This document shows, one piece after another, positions 61,191 through 64,000 of a stretch of 64,000 bases of DNA. The stretch lies in IMG/VR virus record IMGVR_UViG_3300006098_000001. One strand, given 5' to 3'. The first letter of the stretch is position 1. Each line of letters opens with the position of its first letter. The notes under the pieces are model-generated. The model made no database searches. It had not been told where the DNA came from and worked only from the letters and a program-made list of their open reading frames with translations. This DNA comes from a virus. The translations under genes and the position numbers were made by a program.

Positions 61191-61991
61191 ATGAAAGAAA
61201 TTTGGAAAGATATAGAAGAATTTGAGGGATATTATCAAATCTCTAATTTGGGACAAGTTAAAAGTATGGATAGAGATGTTATTTATAGCAATGGGGTTAT
61301 TCGACATTACGAAGAAAGAATTAGGACCCCAGTAACAGATAAGAATGGATATTTGATGGTAACGTTAAATAAAAGTTCTAAAAGTTATCCTAAAAGAGTA
61401 CATCAGCTTGTTGCCAGAGCGTTTATTCCCAATCCAGATAATTTACCATCAATTAATCATATTGACGAAGATAAGACAAACAATCGAGTGGATAATTTAG
61501 AATGGTGTTCGGTTTACTATAACAATCATTATAATGGTAGATATGAACGAATAAAGCGCTATCCCAAGTCGGTTTGCTTGTTTAATGTTGTAAATGGTGA
61601 GGTAATAAAAATCGAGTCTATATCTGAGGCTGCTCGTAGGCTGCACGGGTCCGCCGGAAATATTGAAGAAGTGATAGATGCAAAAGGAAGGACTTTTAAG
61701 GGGTGGATGATATTTTCTGAACGCAATTTTAATGGCTTAGCTATTAAACAGAGTTTGGAGGAATATAATAAACATCGCCCTAGGGGTATTGTCGTTGAAT
61801 TTATTGACACCGAAGATAAAAGGTTCTATGCGACCGAAAATGAATTCTGTCACGAATATAATGAGCATCCAGGTAGCATAAACACGTATTTAAGAAATAA
61901 CAGAGATGTATTCAAAAATAAATACGTTATACGATACGCTCTCCCATTTGAGGAGTCTAAATATCAAAATGGGCAGTTGCTAGATTATTGA
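61191..61991 (+). CDS. free-standing HNH homing endonuclease (NUMOD4 + HNH_3 type)
   Basis: EIWKDIEEFEGYYQISNLGQVKS and HQLVARAFIPNP..INHIDEDKTNNRVDNLEW. Confidence 0.75.
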   Translation: MKEIWKDIEEFEGYYQISNLGQVKSMDRDVIYSNGVIRHYEERIRTPVTDKNGYLMVTLNKSSKSYPKRVHQLVARAFIPNPDNLPSINHIDEDKTNNRVDNLEWCSVYYNNHYNGRYERIKRYPKSVCLFNVVNGEVIKIESISEAARRLHGSAGNIEEVIDAKGRTFKGWMIFSERNFNGLAIKQSLEEYNKHRPRGIVVEFIDTEDKRFYATENEFCHEYNEHPGSINTYLRNNRDVFKNKYVIRYALPFEESKYQNGQLLDY

Positions 61992-62170
61992 TCTGGGTCG
62001 GCCAAAGAATCGCTGCATAACATATTCGTTTGTAAAACATGGGTTTTATAAACTTTAGGGAATGTGTAGACTCAATGTCTACGCATTTTCATACATAAAT
62101 ATATTTATACTAATCCACCGATTGGTAATTAAGGAGGAAAAATTAATTACTCATGAGGTGAAATAAAGAT

Positions 62171-64000
62171 ATGAGATATTTAACAACATATCTTGACGAT
62201 GAAATTAATTTCAAGTTTGGCAATAATGGCTCAATCATTGAGTTGAAAGCTGTTGATGACCATGCGGTTATGAGTTTCTCAAACGAAGAAAAACTCCTCA
62301 TTCGTATTAAGAATGAGGAATCATATATCAAAACGGTGCCCGTTACTGCCGAACGTAAGATTATTCAACTCCCTACCAAGTTATTAAAAGACCTAACGGT
62401 AGGTCAGTACGATGTTGAGTTATGGCAAGGCGAAGGTGACGATCAAGTTATCTATCCTGACGAAGGATTCCTTAGATTAAAGATTCATGGCAACGCATCA
62501 CAAATTGATGGTAGCTTGGTTTCTTCTATTACTCTTGCTGATTTTGAAAAGAAGTTTAATGAACTAGCTCAAAAGATTGAGGATAAATTAGAGAAATTAC
62601 CAGATATCGATGGGAAGAATATTAGCATCGATGTGAAAGTAGTTGATGGCAACCTTTGTATTAACGGCAAAGATACAGGAATTAACCTAACTGCCAAGGA
62701 TGGTAGGGACGGAAGAGATGGACATACGCCAGAAATCACTGTATCAGATGCAGGTACACTTGTTGTTGATGGAATTGACACTAATAAATCTTTAATCGGT
62801 CCTAGAGGTGAGAATGGACTTCCGGGTAAGGATGGAGTTGCTGGTCAAGATGGTAAATCTGCCTATCAAGTAGCTGTCGATAATGGGTTTGATGGGACAG
62901 AAGTCGAATGGTTACGCTCATTGCATGGAAATGATGGCCTTGATGGAAAGTCAGGTAGAGACGGACTTCCAGGACAGAGTGGTAAATCTGCCTATGAGAT
63001 AGCTATCGCAAACGGGTTTATGGGAACTGAAACTGAATGGCTAGAATCCCTCAAAGGTAAGGATGGGCGAGATGGTAATGACGCTAATGTCGATTTATCT
63101 GAATTCTTAACTAAAGAAACTGCGAATTCAGAATATGCTAAAAAGAATGATGTTCCTCTTATCGTATATGATGCAGAAAACAATACTCTAACTATCAATG
63201 GTCAAAAGGTAGAAATACCTTCTCAAGTAGATTTGTCTAGTTATGTTACCAAGACTGATGCAGATAAATATGCTTTAAAATCTGATGTAAAGAATATTGT
63301 CCTTGATAAAAATGAAAGAACTTTAACTGTTGGAAAAGAATCAATTAATATTCCTAATAATATTGACCTTTCTCCTTATTACACTAAAGAAGAAATTGAT
63401 AAGAAGTTAACTGACATTGCGACAAATGGAAAGGTTGACCTTACTGGTTATCTTAGACAGAGTGATTTAACGGATTACGCTAAGAAATCAGATATCCCAA
63501 GTCAACCAGACCTTACTCCATATGCTAAAAAGTCAGAGCTACCCAAGATTTCAATAGACGTTGAGAAACGAACGCTTACTTTAAACGATAGTGTTATCAA
63601 TATTCCAGATAGTGTTGACTTAACTGACTATGCTAAAAAATCAGAAATTCCAAGTATCGTATTAGACACGGAAACTAATACCCTAACCATTAACGGAACA
63701 AAAGTAGTTATTCCAGGTAATGTTGACCTCACTCATTACTACACTAAAGGAGAAATTGATGAAAAAATAGCTGATATTCAATCTGGCGGAAAAATTGATT
63801 TAAGTAATTATGTCAATAAGCAAGAACTTTCTGATTATGCTAAGAAAGCAGATATTCCTGAAACGCCTGACTTAACTCCTTATGAGACTAAAGAGAATGC
63901 AGATAAGACTTATGCTACTAAGAAAGCGTTGGAAGATATTCAACTCACTCCCGGAAAAGATGGGAAGAATGGTAAGTCTGCTTATGATTTGGCGGTAGAA
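62171..64000 (+). CDS. collagen-like / tandem-repeat fibre protein; C-terminus beyond the right edge
   Basis: ATG 9 nt after GAGGTG. My reading is open for all 610 codons to the window end. It has Gly-X-Y runs (GPRGENGLPGKDGVAGQDGKS), two GKSAY..A..NGF.GTE.EWL.SL motifs, and then about 45-aa repeats (VDL..Y..K.E.../TLTINGxKVxIP). Absent from the track because there is no stop. Confidence 0.6.
   Translation, partial: MRYLTTYLDDEINFKFGNNGSIIELKAVDDHAVMSFSNEEKLLIRIKNEESYIKTVPVTAERKIIQLPTKLLKDLTVGQYDVELWQGEGDDQVIYPDEGFLRLKIHGNASQIDGSLVSSITLADFEKKFNELAQKIEDKLEKLPDIDGKNISIDVKVVDGNLCINGKDTGINLTAKDGRDGRDGHTPEITVSDAGTLVVDGIDTNKSLIGPRGENGLPGKDGVAGQDGKSAYQVAVDNGFDGTEVEWLRSLHGNDGLDGKSGRDGLPGQSGKSAYEIAIANGFMGTETEWLESLKGKDGRDGNDANVDLSEFLTKETANSEYAKKNDVPLIVYDAENNTLTINGQKVEIPSQVDLSSYVTKTDADKYALKSDVKNIVLDKNERTLTVGKESINIPNNIDLSPYYTKEEIDKKLTDIATNGKVDLTGYLRQSDLTDYAKKSDIPSQPDLTPYAKKSELPKISIDVEKRTLTLNDSVINIPDSVDLTDYAKKSEIPSIVLDTETNTLTINGTKVVIPGNVDLTHYYTKGEIDEKIADIQSGGKIDLSNYVNKQELSDYAKKADIPETPDLTPYETKENADKTYATKKALEDIQLTPGKDGKNGKSAYDLAVE

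Overview
AT-rich, gene-dense DNA with no rRNA, canonical tRNA or CRISPR. It reads as most of a large siphovirus-type temperate phage of a low-GC Firmicute (Lactobacillales-like) that also carries plasmid maintenance functions, so it is probably a phage-plasmid. Layout: (i) 1-4183, minus-strand array of small acidic early genes plus a DnaN-like clamp. (ii) 4.2-9.9 kb, an almost ORF-free control region. It holds four tandem consensus promoters each with an embedded palindromic operator, a ~600-nt GC-enriched leader, several toxin-like micro-ORFs with antisense or complementary sRNA promoters, two LexA (Cheo) boxes built into promoters, and a ~2.3-kb stretch of mirror-image strand-exclusive base composition. 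(iii) 9.98-12.95 kb, two different partition cassettes in tandem (ParM/ParR-like, then ParA/RHH). (iv) 13.7-17.2 kb, a RepA_N-type initiator, iterons, a second wHTH protein, a sigma-like protein and an HU-like protein. (v) 17.4-61.2 kb, plus-strand packaging, head, tail and lysis genes. This block includes terL split by a group I intron with a LAGLIDADG ORF, a 2387-aa multi-module fibre protein, XhlA/holin genes and a tyrosine recombinase wedged between the major tail and tape-measure genes, and a 3029-aa tape measure. It also holds a tail-tip protein with a zinc-peptidase motif and a secreted GH25-LysM endolysin. (vi) An HNH endonuclease and a collagen-like repeat fibre gene that runs off the right edge. 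The most unusual signals are the LexA-gated promoters, the mirror-composition region, tRNA-like acceptor/T-arm minihelices right after the capsid and tail genes, and 27-bp inverted repeats bracketing 25 kb next to the recombinase. All functional calls come from reading motifs by eye. No database search was run.
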